Origin: Octopus bimaculoides
Lineage: Eukaryota
Reading direction: 5' to 3'
NCBI RefSeq assembly: GCF_001194135.2
Contig: NC_068981.1
Span: 159,202,908-159,266,813 of the forward strand
DNA length: 63,906 nt
Shown one piece after another: positions 13,352 through 27,249 of the stretch (positions are counted from its first letter, which is position 1; each line of letters starts with the position of its first letter). The notes under the pieces are model-generated. The model was not told where the DNA came from. It saw nothing but the letters and a program-made list of their open reading frames with translations, and did not search any database. The position numbers were made by a program, and so were the translations under genes.

Positions 13352-15662
13352 CATTATTCCACAGCCTGGAATCGAACTCGGAATCTTGGGGTTAGTAGCC
13401 CATGTTCTTAATCACTACACCATATGCCTGTGGGCATATTGTTGTGTTAACAACAAACAAGATGAGGACAAATATCCGTCAAATGTAAATAATGTAAATA
13501 ATGTGTTGTTATTGTATTTCATATTTAAGTATTCTTATATTTTGCATTGAAGTAATTCATCATCATTATTTAACATCTGTTTTCCATGCTGGCATGTGTT
13601 GGACAGTTTGACAGGAGATAGGAAGGCTGGGAGCTGTACCAGGCTCCAACTGTCTGTTTTGTCATGAGTTCTACAGTTGGATGCCCTTCCTAATGCTAAT
13701 CATTTAACAGAGTGCAATGTGTACTTTTTATGTGGCACCAGCACAAGTGCTTGTCACGCGGAATCAGCACCAGTGCTTTTTTACATGGCACCTGCACTGA
13801 CAGAGTCACCAAATACTTTGCAAGAAAAAAAAAGAAAAGGTGAAGACCCCTCAACTGAGTGTCGGAAGAAATATTGTGCCAATTGAGAGATTAAAGGTAG
13901 AGAGGGAAAGATATACGTGACTTACTATAGATATATGGATTACCCAGGGGTGTGAGTTAAAGAGCAAGGTAAGATAAGGGGAGTGATAGTGAGAGAGATA
14001 TGGTGAAGATGTCAGGATATGCTCTCAAGGGATTTTGGGAGTGGTGAGAATAGGTGCTGTGACACACAGGTTTGGATTGGTTGAACAGGTGGGACAGTAG
14101 CAAATGATGGAGAGAAACCTAAGAGAGGCTCAGGGGCAGGGCTGCAGTAGATACGTGAGGGCATTGTGGGTGATAGTATATAAGCATGGTATTACTGATG
14201 GAGAACAGCGCAGGCAAGGGTGGAGAAGGAAGAAGGCACAGAAAGGAGGTGATTGGTGAAGACAATAGGCAGGGGAAGATAATGGGAAATGGAAATGGTT
14301 TGGGGCAGGGAAAAGTGGTTAATGAGAAATCTGGGGGAAGTGCTATGTGCCTATTATGCTCTTGGGTGATAGAGAAGTTATGTGTGTTAGGGTATGAAAT
14401 GTGTGTGTGTGGGGAGGTTGACAGGACAGAGCTCCTCATGGACAAGCACTTCCAAGGTGGTTTTAACATTACCAAGACGATTCATGTATTTCCTAGTTAG
14501 ATAACTCCTATATCTGATACTCTTTACTCTTTCACTTGTTTCAGTCATTTGACTGCGGCCATGCTGGAGCACCACCTTTAGTTGACCAAATCGACCCCAG
14601 GAGTTATACTTTGTAAGCCTAGTACTTATTCTATCAGTCTCTTTTGCCAAACCGCTAAGTTACGGGGATGTAAACACACCAGCATCGGTTGTCAAGCGAT
14701 GTTGGGGGGACAAACACAGACACACAAACACACACACACATATATATATACATATATATATATATACGACAAGCTTCTTTCAGTTTCTGTCTACCAAATC
14801 CGCTCACAAGACTTTGGTCGGCCCGAAGCTATAGTCGAAGACACTTGCCCAAGGTGTCACGCAGTGGGACTGAACCCGGAACCATGTGGTTGGTAAGCAA
14901 GCTACTTTATTTCATTAAATTGACCATTAAGGCCTTACAAAGAGGGGACAAACAAGGACAGACAAACGTAAAGTAGCTGCGGGCTGGACACGGACATTAA
15001 TGAGATGAGGATGATAACAAAAGGTGAATAAAAATGAGAGAGGCACCGACGCCCACCGATCGATAACCCCTACTTACCACACAGCCACTCCTGCGCTTGA
15101 TACTTGAATAATTTATATATTTCATACTTGATCATCTCATACATATTTCAAACCTGATTAATTCATATATTTCACACTTAATCATTTCATATATTTCATA
15201 ATGCATATATTTCATACTTGGGAAAAGCATATATTTCATACTTGGTTAAAAAATATTTTCCTTACTAGATTGATCTATCACTTTATTTGTAATAAAATGA
15301 AAACAGTTATATTTGGCATTCTAACCATATAAAAAAAAATTTAATTTTTCCTTCTCTGGTTTTTGTAAATTTATTACTTTATTTTGTGTGTGTTTTCTTT
15401 GCATTTGTTATTGTCTGACTGGGTATGATTCATTATGAACATTCCTGTAATCAAATGATAAAAGAAGTGCATGCTGTGAACTCAAGCAAAACTAAACACA
15501 AGTTATTTCTTGCAATTATTTCAATTAAGTAACTGTCTTACTTAGTTTTTGAATTTTCTGGTTGATTGCATACTCATTGTGAACTTAAAAGACAAGTCAC
15601 TTAAAGTGTGTTCTAAAAAAAGGAAGTGTTTCATGAACTCTAAAATTAGTTGAAATAATGCA

Positions 15663-15721
<59 letters not shown>

Positions 15722-16458
15722 GAGTTTAAAAATGGAATTTGTGCTTACATATTCCTTTCAAAAAAGAAAGCACAGCAATGTACCTTTTCATAGATAGGTA
15801 TGTTTCGTTGTTGTTTAGTCCCTACTCAGCCCTAATCAAGCAGGCCTATGATCAAAAGCTTTCCAGCTATATGAATATCCATACTATTTTTTGAAAGCAT
15901 AGTGTATTTAAGACTACATTATCCAATGTGTCATTTCGTTTCTAAGATAAGGTGTGATATGAGGGAAATTTGGATGAATAGAGGTTCTCTCAGTGCAAAG
16001 TACATTGAGTATAAGTAAAAGATAGCAAAGGTATTGAAATAAATGTGAAATTCTTTCAATACTTAACCGTTGGTTTTTTTAATTCACAATCACAGCTGCA
16101 CTTGGTTTTGACATAAATAATCATTTGGGGTTTCCTTATGCCTTTAACATTGACTTTGATCCTAGAAAGAGTAAAATATATAACTTAACAATTATAATTA
16201 AAATAAGTAAATAACAACAATATCTTAAAATTTATGTCAGTAATTGTTACTCTTTTACTTGCTTCAGTCATTTGACTGTGGCCATGCTGGAGCACCGCCT
16301 TTTAGTTGAGCAAATCGACCCCAGGACTTATTCTTTGGAAGCCTAGTACTTATTCTATTGATCTCTTTTGCCGAACCACTAAGTTACGGGGACATAAACA
16401 CACCACCATCAGTTGTCAAGCGATGTTGGGGGGACAAACACAGACACAAACATATACA

Positions 16459-16518
<60 letters not shown>

Positions 16519-19092
16519 CCGGATATATNNNNNNNNNNNNNNNNNNNNNNNNNNNNNNNNNNNNNNNNNNNNNNNNNNNNNNNNNNNNNNNNNNNNNNNN
16601 NNNNNNNNNNNNNNNNNNNNNNNNNNNNNNNNNNNNNNNNNNNNNNNNNNNNNNNNNNNNNNNNNNNNNNNNNNNNNNNNNNNNNNNNNNNNNNNNNNNN
16701 NNNNNNNNTATATATATATATACATATATATATATACATATATACGACGGGCTTCTTTCAGTTTCCATCTACCAAATCCACTCACAAGGCTTTGGTCGGC
16801 CCGAGACTATAGTAGAAGACACTTGCCCAAGGTGCCGCGCAGTGGGAATGAATCCAGAACCATGTGGTTGGTAAGCAAGTTACTTACCACACAGCCAAAA
16901 AAATAATTTTAACCTATTTACAACTGTTTTTAAAGTAAGCAGAAGGGAAATAACTGAGAAATCCTGATATTTCAAGACGTTTCTAGAATATAATGCCTTT
17001 CTGTTAGTAATCACCAACCTACAGCATTGAAAGGGCTTCTATTTTTTTTTTATGGACAAACCAACACATTACTGTAACTAATGCTTCAGTTTGACTTCAT
17101 TGATTTTACTTTATAGTTTAATCATAGCATGATCTTTTTGCAGAGCTTCTGAGCTTGGTCAGAGAAAAGAGGAAGATTTTGATGTCCTAAGACAGGAGAC
17201 AAGGTCTGAATGCTTGCAGCAAGAAGGTGGTTTCTGTTAAAGATATCTAAATGTCAGATGAAGTTAAATCGTTCAACAGATTGAGTCTACCACTCTAAAA
17301 CAGATACAATCCATCCTGCAAGTTTCCATTTATGATAGAAGACACTTGTCCAGAGTGGCTATGCTGTAGGATTGAACTGTTTGACGAAGTGAGTAGTAAA
17401 GAGAAGACAATGACTGAAGCAGACGTTAACTCGAGAAAGAAATACATAATAACGATATTATTAAAGACCTGGAGAAATTTTACAAACTTACATTTTTTTC
17501 TTGGGAAAACACATTTCTGTGCTGATTACAAAAGAGAATGTTACCTGAAATGATAGAAATTATGAATATCAGTAATTCTTCAACCATTGACTCTTATGTT
17601 AATAAAGCTGAGAAATGATCCTGCTCTTTGGCAACCATTTTTATCTTTATCTTCTTTCAATAATACATCTTCATCAACTATGTTGCATTTGTTCTCAAAA
17701 TCTTAACCAGAAATTCCTTTACTAACCCCTGTTCTGGTTACTATTACTAGTTCCTCTAGTTTTATTTCTTTACTGTTAATACCATTAGAATAATCAAATA
17801 CATTTGTGTATTGCTTTGGCAATACATAAGGAGAACAATCTCTATTAACCAACAGATGCATATATCAGTGGCATTTCGGACAACTGCTTATGATGTGGGT
17901 GATATCTTCAGTGTGAACTCCACAAAGTCTGCATTGGTTGTCACGTTTTACAGCTTTATCTCTTTTGTGCATCAGGTACTTGGTTGATATTTCCTGTTTC
18001 TTGATTGCAAATGCATACTCTTGAAAGTGGGAGTTGATAATCCAGCTATTCATCCATGATAAACTGCTTTGATGATTGATGTTACTATCATCACGGAGCT
18101 TTCTAGTAACATATCCATGCATAGTCTTCTGCTCATGTAAGCTCATCCTTTCATCTGATGATATGTTGCAGTAGAGCTGTGTGACTTCTATGGGCATGTA
18201 TTCTAGGTTATCAGACAAAGAGTGTTGCTCAAGGAGCTGTGTTCCCAAGTCTCATGATGTTATCAGTTTCATGTATGCAAACTTGTTCAAGGGATGCACT
18301 TCGACACTTGGTGGTTAAAAGATGCTGCTGAAGGGATATGATGCGACATTCAGAGGCATGTATGTATGTATGTATGTATGTATGTATGTATGTATGTATG
18401 TACATGTATGTATTTGTATATATTAATATCTATATTTACAAAGACAGATCAGTGGCTTAGTAGAATTGGAATGTTGAACAAAAAAACCTTTTACATGTCA
18501 CCTACTTCTTGTAAAAGTTTGCCTATTCCTGTTCTAAACTAGTTCAAGAGTCTAATCCAGCTTTATCAATTTATACCGTTTTATTGATAGATTCACTAGA
18601 AGAACTTTTTAAAAACTGCAAAGGATTTCACTTACTGCTTGCCCATTATGGATACCATAACAAGAGGATGTTTCAATCTGTGTTTTATATCTGGAAAAAG
18701 AGAAAAATTCCATTTATAATATATGTATTAGTTTTGTACTATATTTGCATTCTATATTTGCAGTTGATTCTCCATACAACTGTAGGCAGGAAATGTTTGG
18801 AAAATTTTGGGTTTTATTGCAGAAATTGTTTTTGTAACATAAATGAAAAAGTACAACTTGTTCGTTAGACAGACAAACTGAGATTAGCAAGATATATGTT
18901 TTGCAATCCATTGGTTATAAGTTGTAAAGCCTATACTTATGATAGTCAGTAATCTAAAGTTTTAATTTCAAAATCATTACGCTTTATATTCATAATCTTA
19001 AATTAGATAAAACTTACTACCTCTTTTTTTAGATAACTACCTAGACATGCACAGACACGCATGCACACACACACATGCACACACACACACAT

Positions 19093-19162
<70 letters not shown>

Positions 19163-19302
19163 GAAATAGCTTTCTTACCAACCACATGGTTCTGGGTTCA
19201 GTCCCACAGCGTGGCACCTTGGGCAAGTGTCTTCTATTATAGCCTTGGGCCAACCAAAGCCTTGTGAATGGATTTGATAGACAGAAACTGAAAGAAGCCC
19301 AT

Positions 19303-19348
<46 letters not shown>

Positions 19349-19732
19349 AATGGATGAATGAATTATCCTTTGTTTACAGTTAACACGGAAAATTCAATAA
19401 ACAGTTACCAGGGTAGAAAGTAAAAGAAACTGAATAGCATCTGTGCTCAACTCCATTTATTTACTTATATATATATGTATGTATATATTTGTGTGTCTGT
19501 GTTTGTCCCCGCCAACATCACTTGACAACTGATGCTGGTGTGTTTACATCCCTGTAACTTAGCAGTTCTGCAAAAAGGACCGATAGAATAAGTACTAGGC
19601 TTACAAAGAATAAGTCCTAGGTCGATTTGCTCAACTAAAAGTGGTGTTCCAGCATGGCCACAGTCAAATGACTAAAACAAATAGAAGAATAAAAGCGTAT
19701 ATATTTACTTGCATATTTTATGTGCTTACTCC

Positions 19733-19771
<39 letters not shown>

Positions 19772-20421
19772 NNNNNNNNNNNNNNNNNNNNNNNNNNNNN
19801 NNNNNNNNNNNNNNNNNNNNNNNNNNNNNNNNNNNNNNNNNNNNNNNNNNNNNNNNNNNNNNNNNNNNNNNNNNNNNNNNNNNNNNNNNNNNNNNNNNNN
19901 NNNNNNNNNNNNNNNNNNNNNNNNNNNNNNNNNNNNNNNNNNNNNNNNNNNNNNNNNNNNNNNNNNNNNNNNNNNNNNNNNNNNNNNNNNNNNNNNNNNN
20001 NNNNNNNNNNNNNNNNNNNNNNNNNNNNNNNNNNNNNNNNNNNNNNNNNNNNNNNNNNNNNNNNNNNNNNNNNNNNNNNNNNNNNNNNNNNNNNNNNNNN
20101 NNNNNNNNNNNNNNNNNNNNNNNNNNNNNNNNNNNNNNNNNNNNNNNNNNNNNNNNNNNNNNACAATAAGTACCAAATGAATTTATATGAAATACTTATT
20201 TTATAAAGATAGAAAAATTATAAAAAATATAAAAATATTAAAATAATAAACATTCCATAATCATCCATTCATCCATTATAATATATGCTAACATGTATAT
20301 TATATACAAAAACCAGCTTACATATTATCGTTTTAAATACAATTTGAACAAAGTTTAAGGTTATGTGATAGTGGATTTTCGTCGATGAGTTCTTGAAACT
20401 TGGTTATTTTCCCTAAAACTA

Positions 20422-20460
<39 letters not shown>

Positions 20461-22182
20461 TATATTTTTATTGATGTGTGTGTGTGAAAATTGCAAGGAT
20501 TTCAAATAACAAGAAAAAAAAGAGAACAATAGATTATACTTACTTCTGATTACAATCACTTTTCATTACTACCTTTAAAGGTTTTGGTGCATTAACAGAT
20601 AATTTGATATCCTTTGTAAAAGAATATAAAATGAAGTATTAAATTTTCTACCAAATTTTGGTTGAAATCTTGTTCTATTAGTTACCATAAGAAAAATTCT
20701 AAGTGTTCAAGTTCAACAAAAATTCAAAGATAAATTTAAGTTCAGTTAAACTAATTTGTGAATTTATTTATTTCATAGTAAAATAAAGAGAGGTCAAAAA
20801 CCATGGTCAGTTAAAATGACTCTAACATTTGCCAAAAATTTGTGGCATTGTGCCAATGTTAGAAGAAATCCTTATTTTAACCCTTTAGCATTCAGCTTAC
20901 TCTGTTAAGTGTAATGCTTATTTATTCAAATTGTTTTGAATTATCATACATTATCTTGTAATCTCAAAATTTTGATGATGTGCTTGCTTATTTTTAGAAT
21001 GACATTGTAGGGTAGTTCTGAGAGGTCAGATCTAGCCAGTTTGAACATAAAACAGGTAAAGTATTTAAGCCAGATATGGTCAATTTATTGCATTTTTTTA
21101 AAGAGTTGTCAATTGACAGAACTGTTTGAGTGTCAGACAAAATGCCTAGTGGTATTTTTTGCAGCACTTTACCTTTTGAGTTCTTCCCAAGGTTGATAAC
21201 AATAAAATAGCAGTCAAGTGCTGGGTGCAATTTGATTGACTTGCTCCTCCCCACCTCTAAGTTCTTTCGTTGTGTCTATGTTAGAAACTATCATAAAAAA
21301 GCAGGACTGCTTATTAATGTAGAACTATGTGACAACTGCAATACTCTTAATCAGATGCTTACTGCATTAATGAAAAGACAAACAAAAGTGGTCTTTTATT
21401 GTTGTTGTTTTATTTGATGCTGTTTTGCCTTAGGTCACCATAAGAAGACCTATAATCAAAAGGCATTCCACTGTTTTTCATTTTTGCTTTTTTTTTTTAA
21501 ATTTTAATTTCAGAGACTACCTTGTTCAGCGAATCTTTCTTTATTGAGTAAATAATGTATGATTTGAAAATTATTTTGCTGTTATTTCTAGCAGATAAAG
21601 TAACTGTGCAAAAGCTTCCACATCAGCTTGTAAAAGAGCATATATTCTGATGTATAAGGAGAGGTGATAGATGTGACTGTTTATGAAAGAGTTCTTCATT
21701 AGATAAGAAACTGCCTAGTAGCCCTACTATAGTAATTGATTATCCTCTAGTAAAATTTGATTTATTCTATTACAATTTAATACAGCTCATTCCATATTCA
21801 GGTTGAGTTTAATAGAACTGAATGCTTTGGTCAGAGAACTCAAAGTTAATGGAATTTCAGAACATATCTGATAGGAAAATTATTTATTAGAACTGAGTGT
21901 GCAAGCAAAAGACAAGTTAAGTGTCTTGTGGTTAGCTGCTTCCATTTGTAGCAGATCTTTGGCTCAATTTGAACCTTGGCTGTTTTCTCTGCAAATGGAA
22001 ATTTTTCATAATCAAAAGCAGGATCTTTCAAATTGATTGATGACATCATGAAAAATTTAACCAATGATGCTCAATTGCTGCATATCAAACTTATTGACTG
22101 ATACCAGTAAAATTAGAAATGGGTCAAAAGTTGTTGAGAGCTAATCAGTCAAACTCAAAGTTAAACATATCTAATAAGATAG

Positions 22183-22213
<31 letters not shown>

Positions 22214-25200
22214 GAAATGGAGAGGACAGACAGCTAGAGGAGAGCAGAGGATCAGTGCAATCATGTGTTAAGTCAGACTAAGTTTAACATCACTTGTTCT
22301 ACAACCAGACTTGTCTGCATGAACAAGCAACAAAATGCAACAAACAAACTGTTTTTAATTTGAAATTCAACCATAGCAGGGACACTTATATTCTTACACT
22401 CACCCTTTCTCTGCCTCCTTCTCCTTATAGCTGTCATCTAAACACAGCCACACAAGCTGTCAACTGAATCACTAATATGAGCACAATGTTCTCTACTGGA
22501 TCCTGGCTGCACAGAATTACAGAATTAGAACACAACATTAATCTCATTTTCTGATGTTAGAGAAAAGCTGAACATTAGAAGCATCAGTTGTGGCGTGCAA
22601 GAGAGACGATTGCGCTGGTATGGACATGTGGTGAGAATGGAGGAGGATAGCTGCGTGAAAAAGTGCCACACCCTAACAGTTGAGGGAACCCGTGGAAGAG
22701 GTAGGCCCAGGAAGACCTGGGCTGAGGTGGTGAGGCAAGACCTTCGTACATTGGGCCTCACCGAGGCGATGACTACTGACCGAGACCTTTGGAAATGTGC
22801 TGTGCGTGAGAAGACCCGGCAAGCCAAGTAAGATNNNNNNNNNNGATCGTTGCCAGTGCCCCTGGACTGGCTTGTGCGAGTGGCACATAAAAGACACCAT
22901 TTCGAGCGTGGCCGTTTTCGTGCGGGTGACACGTAAAAGCACCCACTACACTCTCTGAGTGGTTGGCGTTAGGAAGGGCATCCAGCTGTAGAAACTCTGC
23001 CAAATCAGACTGGAGCCTGGTGTTGCCATCCGGTTTCACCAGTCCTCAGTCAAATCGTCCAACCCATGCTAGCATGGAAAGCGGACGTTAAACGATGATG
23101 ATGATGATGATGATTCTGTAAGTTTTTTTTCTTTTTCTTGGAACTGTTGTGTTCCATTTCTAACTTTAAACAATACAACAGATGATGATCTGAAAACAGC
23201 AGACTACTATTATGTTTCTTTGGATACTAATTCAAAGAACTAATTCCAAAGATTATAGGTAGTTACAAGCAACCGCTCTAGTATTGGTGCTATGATAAAA
23301 TGCACCCAATGCACTCTGTAAAGTAACTGGTGTTAGGAAAACCACTTTACATGTAAAAACTATGTCAAAAATGGACTGTACAAGCAAAACATGGTTCCCT
23401 AACTAATCTAGGAGGGCAGGAACTTCAAATAAAAACTGACTAGATCCATGAAAACCTATCCAACCCAGTCCAGCATGAAAAGAAGACACAAAGTAATGAT
23501 GATGATTAGGATACATATGTGTACATGTATAAGTATATATGAGTTTGACTTTGTGTATACTAGTATAAAATAATGTGGTGAGTTATGTTTCTTTACCGTT
23601 TCCTCCACAGCAAAAAGAAAAATATAAAGCTTAATTATTCAATTACTAATGACTGGTAAAATAAATTCTTGAACTGGTATGATCAATTAGAACCCCTTAA
23701 AAGGTGGCACCCCCAGCTTGACCACAGTCAAATTACTAAAACCAATGAAAAAAAAGAAAAGTGAAAATATTTGTTTACTTACACCTCCCAAACGGTTATG
23801 GGCATCTTTTTGTATTAAAAACCCTTTCACAGGCAAAACATAACCAGTATCTGGAAAATATGTAAACTGAACTTGAAAAATATTGTTGTCTTGAATTAAA
23901 GACATGTTACTGATTCCAGATGGATAAAAGACAGAAATAGGATTTGAACTCGGGCATACAACTAGATACTATAAGTATCTATTCTAGTTCTCTACCTCAT
24001 TCTAATTTAATATACCTAAAATAAAGAAAAGAGAAAACTTACTTGGCACAAGTTGTAGAACAATTCTTTGAGGTTTCAAAAGTCTCTTCTTTGTAGCTCT
24101 TCTATTCTGCAGAGTAAACAAAACAAAACTTCCAAGTAAAATGAATTACCATATTTACTCAAGTACATTGTATTCTTGAATATAATGAAATCCTAACATT
24201 TTGATCCTCAAAAGTCAGTAACATATTTAATTCTCTTATCTATTTTTCTTTTACATTTGCATATAATGTTAACCCACAATTTTAGTTATTTCCTTTTAGT
24301 CAAGAGGGAAGGCTGTGCTCAGATCCTGTAGTGGGTCTTTGAAACTCATAGGAAGTAGGGATGAAGGTGTCCTGAAACCAAAGACCTGACCCAAATGCCT
24401 GCAATAGAGTGGATTCTACTAAAAGCATCCAAGGTACCAGTGGGGATATTAAATCATGCAATGGATTAAGTCTGTTACCTATGTAAGCCATCATGAGAAT
24501 TGAACTCAGAACACAATGAGCCAGAACAAATACCACAAGGTATCAAATCTGACATTCTTACAGTTCTGCCAGTCCACCATCCTGGATTGGTACTTTTTGA
24601 TCAAACCTTGAAGGATGAAATGTAAAGTTGACCTTGGTAGGATTTGAACTTAGATCTTAGAGAGTTGGAACAAATACCACAAGGCATTCATTATGATTCA
24701 AGTTCCCAGTTCAAAAGGAATGGATGGTGACAGTCATCAGAATCCATGCAAACAGTGAGACTGGATGATGATGATTCTATCTGAAACTCTAATGACTCTG
24801 CCAGTTTCCACTTAGATGTGTTGTATTAAATTTCCTTTATTATGCTTGAGTAAATAGGGTATTTATGCATATATATATATATATATCATCATCATCATCA
24901 TCATCATCATCGTTTAACGTCCGCTTTCCATGCTAGCATGGGTTGGACGATTTGACTGAGGACTGGTGAAACCGGATGGCAACACCAGGCTCCAGTCTAA
25001 TTTGGCAGAGTTTCTACAGCTGGATGCCCTTCCTAACGCCAACCACTCAGAGAGTGTAGTGGGTGCTTTTACGTGTCACCCGCACGNNNNNNNNNNNNNN
25101 NNNNNNNNNNNNNNNNNNNNNNNNNNNNNNNNNNNNNNNNNNNNNNNNNNNNNNNNNNNNNNNNNNNNNNNNNNNNNNNNNNNNNNNNNNNNNNNNNNNN

Positions 25201-27151
25201 NNNNNNNNNNNNNNNNNNNNNNNNNNNNNNNNNNNNNNNNNNNNNNNNNNNNNNNNNNNNNNNNNNNNNNNNNNNNNNNNNNNNNNNNNNNNNNNNNNNN
25301 NNNNNNNNNNNNNNNNNNNNNNNNNNNNNNNNNNNNNNNNNNNNNNNNNNNNNNNNNNNNNNNNNNNNNNNNNNNNNNNNNNNNNNNNNNNNNNNNNNNN
25401 NNNNNNNNNNNNNNNNNNNNNNNNNNNNNNNNNNNNNNNNNNNNNNNNNNNNNNNNNNNNNNNNNNNNNNNNNNNNNNNNNNNNNNNNNNNNNNNNNNNN
25501 NNNNNNNNNNNNNNNNNNNNNNNNNNNNNNNNNNNNNNNNNNNNNNNNNNNNNNNNNNNNNNNNNNNNNNNNNNNNNNNNNNNNNNNNNNNNNNNNNNNN
25601 NNNNNNNNNNNNNNNNNNNNNNNNNNNNNNNNNNNNNNNNNNNNNNNNNNNNNNNNNNNNNNNNNNNNNNNNNNNNNNNNNNNNNNNNNNNNNNNNNNNN
25701 NNNNNNNNNNNNNNNNNNNNNNNNNNNNNNNNNNNNNNNNNNNNNNNNNNNNNNNNNNNNNNNNNNNNNNNNNNNNNNNNNNNNNNNNNNNNNNNNNNNN
25801 NNNNNNNNNNNNNNNNNNNNNNNNNNNNNNNNNNNNNNNNNNNNNNNNNNNNNNNNNNNNNNNNNNNNNNNNNNNNNNNNNNNNNNNNNNNNNNNNNNNN
25901 NNNNNNNNNNNNNNNNNNNNNNNNNNNNNNNNNNNNNNNNNNNNNNNNNNNNNNNNNNNNNNNNNNNNNNNNNNNNNNNNNNNNNNNNNNNNNNNNNNNN
26001 NNNNNNNNNNNAAGCTTATCAAAAGAAGAGGAACTATGTCTATAAACTTGTCAATTTGTTCTTGGTGATTGATGTAGTTGACATTCAATTTGAACATTTT
26101 TAAGTCAATATCTGCAGAAAAAAAAACATAAGTAGGAAAGAATTTCAGGGAGCTGTCATTCTGGAAAGCAAGGACCAGGAAATGTGCTTTGTGAAGGGCT
26201 TGCAGGATGAGACACAGTAATGGTGACAAGAAGAATAGTGACTGGTGGAGAGAGACAGTCTGGATGGAGAAGGTAAGGATATACAGGGAGCTAGTTCATT
26301 AGAGTAGAGATTTTTGTAGTAGCAACTTTTTTTATGATTTAATCAGATGAGGAAGGGCACCCTTTCTAGGAGCTTTGAGGCTGTTAATTATCCTCAGACT
26401 AGAGGACTTGGCTTAAAGGCTTATGCAAAAATAGGAATGGTTCTTCTGACAGACTTTCACAGTTTCTTCTATTTACCAATTCTACCTACCAGGCCTCAAA
26501 CCAGAGGCTTAGTCTGAATACTTGTAACATAGTGAATTCAACTAAATGCACCCAAGTGGTAGTGTTTAACTAGGCAAAATGTTAGGTTTTACACTTAAAG
26601 TTGCTACTGTTATTAAAGTTTACATATTTGCATAAAAATATTTGGTTGGAAAATTACATTCAGGAATACACATTTATTACCTTTTTCAAATGAGCTTCAT
26701 TCACAGACTGATAGATTGAACTTTCAGAACAGCCTCCTCTCAGTAAAGTTCCTCTGGTTTCACATCTTGAGGCACCATGGAAATCCTTGAATTTGAATAA
26801 TACAATTAATATTTTTTGTTAATGGTAAGTGGATTGAATGACACTTAGAATGGCAAAGTAATAGGTATCTTTTCTTTTATATATCTACATCCCAACTTGG
26901 ATAAGTTATGATACACCATTAGCTTTCTTATGAGTAACGACATCACATTAAAGAACTTTCAATTCCTGGGGTTTCAGAGACTGTTTTTTTGTTTGTTTGT
27001 TTTTTTAAACACATGTCACATGAAAATTATTTAACCCATGTTATTATGGAAAATTAGAGGTAAAAATATTTAACACTGAAGAAAAACAGATAAGCAAAAA
27101 AATTGTCTAAATTTGTACAATGTAATATACATGATCTGTACATATACATGT

Positions 27152-27249
<98 letters not shown>

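Noticed and set aside
18584-18868. Plus-strand ORF ending CRNCFCNINEKVQLVR, superficially like an integrin hybrid segment on an inverted contig
   Set aside because: The true exon 7 lies on the minus strand inside it (18636-18690) with canonical splice sites and the correct phases.
20322-20412. AG...GTAAG-bounded pseudo-exon just downstream of exon 6
   Set aside because: All three frames contain stops, and exon 7 supplies the expected sequence.
21846-22064. Minus-strand ORF in intron 5 considered as a residual betaI exon
   Set aside because: No DxSxS or other betaI motif and no convincing splice sites. Exons 5 and 6 already join in phase.
24966-26229. Long ORFs spanning N runs (also near 16.3, 19.7, 42, 46, 50 and 62.7 kb) and HTHT/CVCV/YIYI ORFs
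   Set aside because: Artefacts of gaps and dinucleotide repeats.
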